Virus record (IMG/VR): IMGVR_UViG_2883327909_000009
Location: 8,628 to 72,627 of that record
Origin: a virus
Length of the DNA stretch: 64,000 nucleotides
Strand: one strand, 5' to 3'
Below the pieces are notes generated by a model. It worked only from the letters and a program-made list of their open reading frames with translations, had not been told where the DNA came from and searched no databases. Each line of letters begins with the position of its first letter. The stretch's first letter is position 1. A program made the position numbers and the translations under genes. Shown here one piece after another: positions 56,829 to 64,000 of this stretch.

Positions 56829-57089
56829 ATGATCGAACTGGTGAAGAACGGCGAAATCGAACTCGACAAAATTCCGGTTGTGGAGCCCGCGCCGAGGCCA
56901 CTCACGGCCACCGCCCTGACCATCGCCGACGAGCGGGGCAACGTCGTCACCGTGGCGGTTGACGCGAAAGGCGCGACCCATTGCAGGGCCACCTGCGTCA
57001 CGCCGGACGCCGTCTGCGAACTCGTGGACGCCGCTACGCACCTGCTCGACAACATCACCTTCCTGTCCACCGAAGAAATCCCGGAGTAA
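56829..57089 (+). CDS. hypothetical protein
   Basis: GGAGGT RBS. Confidence 0.55.
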   Translation: MIELVKNGEIELDKIPVVEPAPRPLTATALTIADERGNVVTVAVDAKGATHCRATCVTPDAVCELVDAATHLLDNITFLSTEEIPE

Positions 57090-57092
57090 CCC

Positions 57093-57515
57093 ATGCCCGT
57101 CTGGCTCGCCCTCATCGACCCCATCTCGAAATTGCTGGACCGCCTGATCCCCGATCCGGACGCCCGCGCGAAAGCTCAGCTAGAATTGGTCAAGGAGGAG
57201 AACGCCCAGGCCTTGCAGGAGCTGCAAATCGCCGCCCAGGCCGACGCCAACCAGGTCGAGGTGAACAAGGTCGAAGCCGCGAACGAGAACCTGTTCATCT
57301 CCGGGTGGCGACCCGCCGTGGGCTGGTGTTGCGCCCTGGCCTTCGCCTACAGCTTCGTCATCCAGCCGCTGCTCGCGTTCGCCATTTCAAACTCGACCGG
57401 CACGGAGGCGATTTTGCCCGACTTCGACATGGACGCGCTCAACACCGTGCTGTTCGGCATGCTCGGGATCAGCACGTTGAGGACGGTCGAAAAAGTGCGG
57501 GGCGTAAAAAAATGA
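57093..57515 (+). CDS. 3TM holin (GTA-holin-like)
   Basis: 'LLDRLIPDP', 'SGWRPAVGW', 'LFGMLGI..LRT.EK.RGV'. Confidence 0.85.
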   Translation: MPVWLALIDPISKLLDRLIPDPDARAKAQLELVKEENAQALQELQIAAQADANQVEVNKVEAANENLFISGWRPAVGWCCALAFAYSFVIQPLLAFAISNSTGTEAILPDFDMDALNTVLFGMLGISTLRTVEKVRGVKK

Positions 57516-57685
57516 ACCCCGACGAGAACTGGTTCGTCAAAATGCTCATCCTGACGCTCTCGATCATCGCCGCCTACTTCATCGCGTTGCCCTACGTCAT
57601 GAAGGCGTCGATGACGTGGGACATCACCATTCCGCCCCGCACGCCCTATGAAGCCCCTTCCCTGCCCGATCGCACAGTTCCGTAG
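57512..57685 (+). CDS. small membrane protein
   Basis: ATGA coupling; TM helix. Confidence 0.55.
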   Translation: MNPDENWFVKMLILTLSIIAAYFIALPYVMKASMTWDITIPPRTPYEAPSLPDRTVP

Positions 57686-57915
57686 CCTCACCGTATGGCC
57701 GTGAACACTCGCAAGCCGCCGACGAACTACGTGGAGCGGGAGAACCGGCGGCAGATGCGGGAGCAGTACCCGCGGCCGAAAAATGCTGGAGGAAGTTTTC
57801 TTGAATTAGCGGTGTCATCGATTGTTCTTGGGACCGTTATCTCGGTGGCTGAAATAAGTTACAACGGCATATCTATTTAAAGCACGTCCGCAACACCGCC
57901 CCTTGCTTCTGACTA

Positions 57916-59121
57916 TCAGGCGAAAGACTTCTTTCTTTCAGGCTTTATGGACTTGAGGCCCTGTTCATAAAGGGGAGTAAGTACCTGCTGATCGATCCAT
58001 TCGATAGCAGGCACGCATACCGCGTCGGCAAACCCCCAAAGTTGCTGAATCTCGCTTCCGACCAGTGGAAAGTCGGGTACTCCTTGGAGAGCGGCGTATT
58101 CAGCCGGGCTCATCCATCGCATTTTCATTCGCCCACTTCTGATGGAGATGACTATTTGCTTTGCACTTCCCCCCTTCGGGGTCCGTAGACATCCGGCAAT
58201 ACCATCAAACCTCACCTCAGCACGCATTTGTCCTTCCCTAATCCTTCTAAAAATTGTCCCTGTCCAGTCTGCCTTCGAAGCAACAATCTTATCCACCTGA
58301 CCACGATGCAGATCACTCATCATCGCGTAATGGCGAAGCACTTCGTGTTCGCTCCACCACGCCTGATCGTCGCCTACTGCTATCACATCTTTTAACTGTA
58401 TCTGCAACGAAGGTGGATTTGGCAGTTCAAATTCCACCCACCCTGTCTCCAATTCGATGTCTCTTTTCGCTCGCATGATGGCCGCGGATCGCAGTGGTGA
58501 TAGAGTCTGTGGCGGCCAGAGCCAACCCGCGCGCGCTTTTTCGACCGGTTTCAAATGCGAAAGAACTGCAATGATAAAAACGCGGGGCCGGCTCTGGGGT
58601 GTGAAGTGTGAGGCGTCTAAGACGAAGGCATCGAGCCAATACCCCAATTTGCTCAACGCACGAACAGCATCTGCGAAGTCTTCGCCGCCTCGCGAAGTTA
58701 ATAATCCGGTAACATTCTCAACCATAATTACTTGCGGCTGCCGAGATCCAAGTGATTTCACGACATCTATGAACCCAAAGAATGTCGAAGATTCCTTTCC
58801 TGCCAGTCCGCGATAATTCCCGGCCAAGCTAAGATCGACGCATGGAAAAGATGCGGTAGCCAAAAAAGGCTGACCTGGCATCCTGGTTACAACTGCGTTC
58901 GCATCCGTAATATCGTGAAGATGAAAGTGCTCATCCACGCCGAAACGAGCCTCGTACGCTTGCTGTTTTTTTGCACTAATATCATTCGCGTAGACGCATC
59001 TCCAGCCCGTTCGCACCAACCCCTCACGGACCAATCCGATACCCGCAAAGAACTCAGAGAATGTTTTCTCGCTAATCGTCTTCGTTCTCTTGGCAGGGAT
59101 TTTCTTGGTTTTCAAGCTCAT
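57916..59121 (-). CDS. C5 DNA cytosine methyltransferase
   Basis: FFAGIG, FPC, ENV, QSRPR motifs. Confidence 0.95.
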   Translation of the reverse strand: MSLKTKKIPAKRTKTISEKTFSEFFAGIGLVREGLVRTGWRCVYANDISAKKQQAYEARFGVDEHFHLHDITDANAVVTRMPGQPFLATASFPCVDLSLAGNYRGLAGKESSTFFGFIDVVKSLGSRQPQVIMVENVTGLLTSRGGEDFADAVRALSKLGYWLDAFVLDASHFTPQSRPRVFIIAVLSHLKPVEKARAGWLWPPQTLSPLRSAAIMRAKRDIELETGWVEFELPNPPSLQIQLKDVIAVGDDQAWWSEHEVLRHYAMMSDLHRGQVDKIVASKADWTGTIFRRIREGQMRAEVRFDGIAGCLRTPKGGSAKQIVISIRSGRMKMRWMSPAEYAALQGVPDFPLVGSEIQQLWGFADAVCVPAIEWIDQQVLTPLYEQGLKSIKPERKKSFA

Positions 59122-59160
59122 CCAGCACCTAACGGGCGACCGCGGTACGCATAGTCGGTG

Positions 59161-59186
59161 TACTTATAGTCTGTGGATTTGATTTC
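59161..59186 (+). promoter_or_regulatory. C-box operator
   Basis: TACTTATAGTC-TGTG-GATTTGATTTC upstream of C gene; fits GACT-N3-AGTC double-box pattern. Confidence 0.7.
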
Positions 59187-59210
59187 GTCAACCCCGAGAA
59201 TCTTCACCCT

Positions 59211-59465
59211 ATGGACCAACTTGACGTAAAAGTCCTTTTCGGTGCTCGCGTTAGGCATCTCCGAAAGGAACAGGGTTTCAGCCAAGAAGACTTTGCTCAC
59301 CGTGTCGGGCTCGATCGGAGCTACATGGGTGGGGTGGAGCGGGGTGAAAGAAACATTAGCCTTGAAAACATTTGTTTGATTGCAAGAGCATTGAATCTGC
59401 CCGTATCTCAAATATTCATCGGCTGGACCGATGTGGCTCCGCCTGAGAATACCCCTGAAGAGTGA
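59211..59465 (+). CDS. RM controller (C) protein, XRE HTH
   Basis: 'FGARVRHLRKEQGFSQEDFA...LDRSYMGGVERGERNISLENI'. Confidence 0.9.
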   Translation: MDQLDVKVLFGARVRHLRKEQGFSQEDFAHRVGLDRSYMGGVERGERNISLENICLIARALNLPVSQIFIGWTDVAPPENTPEE

Positions 59466-59544
59466 CTTTTTACTGTCGATTCTTGACCTCTTTAACGATT
59501 GGTTCGGAAATATCTTGGGCTGGCAGTCCAGCCAAGGCCTGACA

Positions 59545-60345
59545 ATGCCCCAGAAGAGACATGGAAAGAGCCGAATGGACGTTCTTTCGGGAATCGTGGC
59601 GCAAATTAAATCCGCAAAACGTGATTTAGACAAATACCAGCCCCATGAAGTAGACTGGAACCAGCATGCAGTAGCGGCAGCTGAGGAACTCGTGCCATGG
59701 TTGTCTACTGTCGTTCACGGAATGAAGGACTATGTTCAAGATGTATTAAATGCGCCTGCACTACTACGATCACTCTGGGGAACGATTCGCAAGCATGTCG
59801 ACTTACCTACAGAACAGATAGAGGCTTTCGATAGGCAACTGACACTTGATGATGTTCTCAGAGAGTCGGTCACCGGGGAAGTTATTAGCAATGTGGTGAC
59901 TAAGTATTTGATCGAGCATCATCCTACGGCTTCCCTCAAGTCGAACGGCCGAAGTGACTACCCCGATCTTTTTCTTAGCGATCGCGACTACACACTGTTG
60001 CCTGTTTTCAAAAGGATCAAGAAAATCCCTCTAAAAGAGGGCAAAGCTGAAGAGCAATATGGTGCTTCCATCAAGGGCTCCCATAAGCGCCCCGTAAGAA
60101 TTCCCGATGGGCTAGAGATCAAAACATGCCGAGACCGGATAGCCGTAGACTGTCATCATCCGCATGCTGGGCTTCATTTAATACTTTTGTTCTCCCACAG
60201 TAAACGAATATTTAATGTCAGCGACGTTCGGATCGGATTTCTTCGCCATGAGGACTACCGCGAGTCTAATCGCAATACTACCGCAACGACCGTGAAATAT
60301 TCCTTTAACGGAGACAGATTCTTAAGTTTGTTAAGCTCGTCGTGA
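59545..60345 (+). CDS. putative type II restriction endonuclease
   Basis: downstream of C gene, divergent from MTase; 'YPDLFL' and 'PDGLEIK' PD-(D/E)xK-like motifs. Confidence 0.7.
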   Translation: MPQKRHGKSRMDVLSGIVAQIKSAKRDLDKYQPHEVDWNQHAVAAAEELVPWLSTVVHGMKDYVQDVLNAPALLRSLWGTIRKHVDLPTEQIEAFDRQLTLDDVLRESVTGEVISNVVTKYLIEHHPTASLKSNGRSDYPDLFLSDRDYTLLPVFKRIKKIPLKEGKAEEQYGASIKGSHKRPVRIPDGLEIKTCRDRIAVDCHHPHAGLHLILLFSHSKRIFNVSDVRIGFLRHEDYRESNRNTTATTVKYSFNGDRFLSLLSSS

Positions 60346-60653
60346 TTAATACGGGCCATTCCTTCCCTCAGCAAACATATGTCATTTAAGCAATGGTGAA
60401 GGAGCAACCGCCTTGAAGCGGCCGAAATGTAAATAACGGGGTTAGGCCTCGTCCAGCTGGGCGCTGGAATGCACATCCCGAAGACATTTAGCCCGGCTGA
60501 ATTGTTGGCGGCGGTTGAATGGGTGATGGGTAGGATTGGAGACTATCCGTTTTGGAAGAGGTGGTCAGGTATAGGTCGATCCGCTGACACTTACGGCATG
60601 CTTAGGTGGAATTGAAGAGAGCGGAGGGCAGTAACCCACCCCCCTAGCAGACA

Positions 60654-60755
60654 TCACTCGTTATCCTGCTTCTTCCAAACGTTCCACAAGGTCAAGCCCT
60701 GAAAGACCGCTGAAATCGCTTTCAAAACGAGGTCCGCCACGTAGTAGGCTTCCAT
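60654..60755 (-). CDS. 33-aa hydrophobic peptide
   Basis: GAAAGGAG RBS; MEAYYVADLVLKAISAVFQGLTLWNVWKKQDNE; hairpins on both sides. Confidence 0.45.
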   Translation of the reverse strand: MEAYYVADLVLKAISAVFQGLTLWNVWKKQDNE

Positions 60756-61030
60756 CTCACACTCCTTTCCTCCCGCAAAGCCCTCTCCCCGACCGTGGGA
60801 TCGTCGGAAGGGAGGCTGCCACTCGGCAACCCGCCCGAGGCCACGCAACTGGCCCCCGGTGGATTGCCGAGCGTCGAAAGGCGTTAGTGATTGTTGGTAC
60901 GGCGTTACCGCCGAACTCGCCTAACCACCCCGAGCTGGGGTAGTATTCGTCTGCTGAACAAGAGTGTACCAAGCCGGGAATTGGCGGCCAGAGAAATTGT
61001 TCGAAAGTCGGTGCGAGCGGTCGGTAAGAA

Positions 61031-61195
61031 TTGCTGGACATCGGTGAACAACTCTACGAACCTCGCGGGCAATCCAAGCTGGCAGGGGCGTTATCTATCT
61101 CCACCCGCACGATCCGCTACTGGCTGGCCGGGAAACGAAAAATCCGCCCGGTGATCGCCAAGCGGATTCACAGCTTGAAGTCAAAAGTTGACTAA
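61031..61195 (+). CDS. small Cro/Aca-like HTH protein (TTG start or 5'-truncated; not in ORF track)
   Basis: 'GEQLY...QSKLAGALSISTRTIRYWLAGKRKI'. Confidence 0.5.
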   Translation: MLDIGEQLYEPRGQSKLAGALSISTRTIRYWLAGKRKIRPVIAKRIHSLKSKVD

Positions 61196-62397
61196 GACGC
61201 TTTCTCGACCGTCGAGTTGACCGCGGCCAGCAGGTGCTCGCCGTCGGTCGAGAGACTTTCATAATGGCGGCAGAGCATGGAGGCGTCACGATGCCCAAGC
61301 AACGTCGCCACGGTAATCGGGTCGTGCCCCTCCTTCAGCTTCCGGGTCGCGAAAAGATGCCTTAAATCATAGAGCGCAAACCGTTGCTTCCCCTTCCGCG
61401 CCAGCGCAGCTCGCTCCTTCCTTCGATCAATCACCGCCTTCTGATGAGCCGCCCGCGCCTCGGCGAGCTTGGCCGGGCCCTTGTACCGACGGCGGTCGAA
61501 GCGCGGCAGAGGAGGGATCGTTTCGATTGCCCCCGACATTTTCACGAGCAGCCGCTGGAAGCGTGAGACGACCGCCTGGGCCCGCCACGGGTTGCCGTCG
61601 ATGTTGCGGAACAGTTTCCCCGTCGGGCGGATGGACCTCAACTTCGCGAGACTTTCCTCGGCGGCGGTGGTCAGGTAAATGACCCGCCAGCGGCGCTTGC
61701 CCTTCGCCTCGGCGGGCGGGATTTCGATCCGGTGCTTGTCCAGGTGGACGTGCCGGGCCTCGATCAGGCGAGCCTCCTGGGGCCGCACACCCACCTCGTA
61801 GGCGAAGATCAGCAAGTCGCGGAAGGCCGCGTCTTTCACGAAGCCGAGCAACCGGGTGAAGTCGGCGGCCGTGACCGTGCTCTCGCGCTTCGTGGCCTGG
61901 GGCTTCTCCACGCCGTTGACCGGGTTCTTGTCGAGGTAGCCGAGCTTCACCGCCCAGTTGAACGGACGCAGCACGGCGACGATGGCACCCCGGCGTTGGT
62001 TCGCTCCCCACTTGGCGTGAGCCGGGCTATCGACCCAGTCTTGCAGGTGGTGCGGTTTCAGGTCGGTCGGCAGGAGCGTCTTGGCCGAGGGCTTGAGCGA
62101 CTTGCAGAAGCTTTGCAGGTGCTCGGTGTACCACTCCAGGGAGCGGCCGGCACGGTGCTTCTCGGTCCAGGAGAGGAACTTGTCGAGGAGTTCCGCGACC
62201 GAGAGTTCGGTAGATTTCTTTTCGCGCGAAACGGGCGATGGCCGGGGAGCCGCCATCACGCGATAGAATTCGGCCCACGCTGCTTTCTCGGTAACAGCGT
62301 TTTTAGGACCGGGGGTGAGCTTGATTTGCTGCTTGCCGACCTGGACGTACCAGGCGTTGCGGGCGGAACGAAAAAAGGGTTTTGGCGAGTGGGACAT
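61192..62397 (-). CDS. tyrosine recombinase/integrase
   Basis: R (GVRPQEA), K, H-x-x-R variant (YDLRH), H/Y ('LLGH...RHY'); adjacent to tRNA 3' end. Confidence 0.93.
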   Translation of the reverse strand: MSHSPKPFFRSARNAWYVQVGKQQIKLTPGPKNAVTEKAAWAEFYRVMAAPRPSPVSREKKSTELSVAELLDKFLSWTEKHRAGRSLEWYTEHLQSFCKSLKPSAKTLLPTDLKPHHLQDWVDSPAHAKWGANQRRGAIVAVLRPFNWAVKLGYLDKNPVNGVEKPQATKRESTVTAADFTRLLGFVKDAAFRDLLIFAYEVGVRPQEARLIEARHVHLDKHRIEIPPAEAKGKRRWRVIYLTTAAEESLAKLRSIRPTGKLFRNIDGNPWRAQAVVSRFQRLLVKMSGAIETIPPLPRFDRRRYKGPAKLAEARAAHQKAVIDRRKERAALARKGKQRFALYDLRHLFATRKLKEGHDPITVATLLGHRDASMLCRHYESLSTDGEHLLAAVNSTVEKAS

Positions 62398-62493
62398 GGC
62401 AGTAACCGCTCCGAGGAGCCGAGGTCTCTGCCACCATTCTCTGCCACGGCGGCAGAGAACATGTGTCCGTTCGTCAAAACCCTTGTTTTCTAG

Positions 62494-62566
62494 TGGTCAC
62501 TCCCGGGATTGAACCGGGGACCTAGCGATTTTCAGTCGCTCGCTCTACCAGCTGAGCTAAGTGACC
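62494..62566 (-). tRNA. tRNA-Phe (GAA), CCA not encoded
   Basis: GGTCACT/AGTGACC acceptor, D-loop AGCTGGTAG, anticodon loop CTGAAAA, T-loop TTCAATC. Confidence 0.97.
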
Positions 62567-62691
62567 CAACACCGATGTTTTACTAGAAATCCCCCGGCCG
62601 GCAAGCCTACGTTTTCAGGCCTAAAAGACGGGGGCGACGCTCGGGCAACTAATCGGTTCCGGCACCTCTGGAGCGAAGTTGCGGCCCCCAC

Positions 62692-62720
62692 AGTGTAGCG
62701 CAAAATGGTACGGTTTTCAA
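62692..62720 (-). promoter_or_regulatory. sigma70-like promoter upstream of tRNA
   Basis: TTGAAA-17bp-TACACT on minus strand. Confidence 0.55.
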
Positions 62721-62723
62721 TGG

Positions 62724-62755
62724 GTAGGGTCCCGCGTAGGGTCCCGTAGGGTCCC
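62724..62755. repeat. three copies of GTAGGGTCCC
   Basis: 62724-33, 62736-45, 62746-55. Confidence 0.85.
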
Positions 62756-62759
62756 AGCG

Positions 62760-63245
62760 TCAGACGGGGTTCAACCGGGCGAATTCTCCGGCCAGAGGAA
62801 GGATCGCGGCGTTGTACGCCTTGGCGGCCACGATCTCGTCCGCGAAGTAGCCGACGAAGTGTGCCTTGCCGTTGCACCGGAAGGCGACGACCCACTTCCC
62901 CTTCGCCGCACTCCACGACACCCCCTTGTACTGTGAGCTGCCGCCGCGTGCGGACGTGTTCTGCTGGTTCATCGCCTGTGTCGCCAGACGGAGGTTGTGA
63001 CGGGAATTGTTCAGCCCGTTGCCGTCGATGTGATCCACTTCGGAACCAGGAGAAGCGTTCAGGATCAGGCGGTGCATCTTCACCCCGATCTGCTGACGGG
63101 CACCAGGAGGCCGGTAGTTGGCGACGACGTAGTAACGGCCGCTGTTGTGCTTCTTCGCCTGCCAAGTGTACTTCGCCAGACCGAGTGTTTCCCAGTCCTC
63201 CTCATCCACCGTTGCCTTGAAGCCGCTCTGAAGTTCGATCTGCAC
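62760..63245 (-). CDS. HNH endonuclease with AP2 domain
   Basis: 'MHRLI...VDHIDGNGLNN...NLR' + 'SQYKGV.W...KW...GYF..E..AAKAYN'. Confidence 0.9.
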   Translation of the reverse strand: MQIELQSGFKATVDEEDWETLGLAKYTWQAKKHNSGRYYVVANYRPPGARQQIGVKMHRLILNASPGSEVDHIDGNGLNNSRHNLRLATQAMNQQNTSARGGSSQYKGVSWSAAKGKWVVAFRCNGKAHFVGYFADEIVAAKAYNAAILPLAGEFARLNPV

Positions 63246-63454
63246 CCGCCGACGCTAGCGCGGGTTTGAACCTCGTGCAAGCACTTCTTGACCGAGTCGG
63301 ACAGCGACCGCCCCTCGACTGTTGCAAGCCGCCGCTTAGGCCGCCCGAACAGCTTGCCTATTTTGACGTGCTGAATCAGAAAACCCACGCAATCGCGCAA
63401 GTCAGACAATTGATCCTCTACCGACATTGCGTTAGGCTGAGAACGGAGTCGAAA

Positions 63455-64000
63455 ATGGCCTCTGTACAGAAGTACAGGGCGTACTTCGTCGGTAACTCTC
63501 TCATGAGCAGTTCGGATTTACCAGAGCAGGACCTGTTCGAGCGGATCAAGGGGAAGGTGAACAAAGAGCCGATCCGGCAGCTCCTCTTGGAATACAAAGA
63601 GCAGCACAAGGACATCCTGACGGGCGGCACTCAGGAGGAGCTGGTCGATCAACTGAAGTCAGCCGAACTGGCTGGGCAAATACCCCGCAGCAGGTTATTC
63701 GGCCTGCTTCAGGAGTTCGAGGAGAACGGCAACCAATCCCTGCTCTACTATTCACCAGCCACGGCCGCAATCAGGGAGCTGTGCCGATCACCCGAGGAGG
63801 TTGCCAAACTCCTGTTTGGGGCTGACTGGCGGAAGACGCAAGGTTTTCCCAAACTTGCCCGCCTGAGCGGCGGGTGGGAAGTGGTGGATTTCCGGACAAA
63901 CATCCCCGGTAAGCCGACCGACTGGTTGATGAAAATTTACACCTACCAAGAGACCAAGGTTCAGGTGCGGGAGTTGCAGGCGGTCGAGGCGAACACGACG
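63455..64000 (+). CDS. hypothetical protein, runs off window end
   Basis: open frame from ATG 63455 (MASVQKYRAYF...) to end of window. Confidence 0.6.
   Translation, partial: MASVQKYRAYFVGNSLMSSSDLPEQDLFERIKGKVNKEPIRQLLLEYKEQHKDILTGGTQEELVDQLKSAELAGQIPRSRLFGLLQEFEENGNQSLLYYSPATAAIRELCRSPEEVAKLLFGADWRKTQGFPKLARLSGGWEVVDFRTNIPGKPTDWLMKIYTYQETKVQVRELQAVEANTT

Larger units (their letters stand above)
24977..57880. mobile_element. P22-like podovirus prophage region (boundaries approximate)
   Basis: ordered recombination, replication, packaging, head, tail, injection and lysis modules. Confidence 0.9.

Noticed and set aside
1-62400. Second att copy of the tRNA-Phe 3' end
   Set aside because: Looked for TGGTCACTCCC and flanks by eye and found none; it probably lies outside the window
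1-64000. CRISPR array or cas genes
   Set aside because: No regularly spaced repeat-spacer series or Cas motifs seen; the 36-bp repeat has only two copies and is coding

Overview
Accessory, mobile-DNA window, probably from a planctomycete (inferred from the integrase, excisionase and LRR protein styles; not verified). It has three interleaved parts. (1) About 25.0-57.9 kb is a near-complete P22-like podovirus prophage: SSB/NinB/Bet/Gp157 recombination arm, replication genes, terminases, portal, scaffold, coat, tail hub, injection proteins, tail fibre, GH108 lysin and holin. (2) About 1.1-25.0 kb is a mobilizable-element module: MobF relaxase-helicase, a coupling protein split by a cargo-carrying IS630, ParB and an excisionase, with no mating-pore genes. 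It is interspersed with phage-like small-ORF cassettes and a stand-alone SIR2-protein kinase fusion. (3) About 57.9-62.6 kb holds a type II restriction-modification system with C protein and C-box, a tyrosine integrase and tRNA-Phe(GAA). The least explained signals are the SIR2-kinase fusion, a tandem pair of tRNA-like RNAs ending in CCA (17.66-17.95 kb), two stem-rich ORF-free tracts (0.73-1.1 kb and 10.07-10.99 kb), an acr-aca-like small-gene operon (13.17-14.43 kb) and the phage/relaxase hybrid architecture. All calls come from reading motifs by eye; no searches or folding programs were run.
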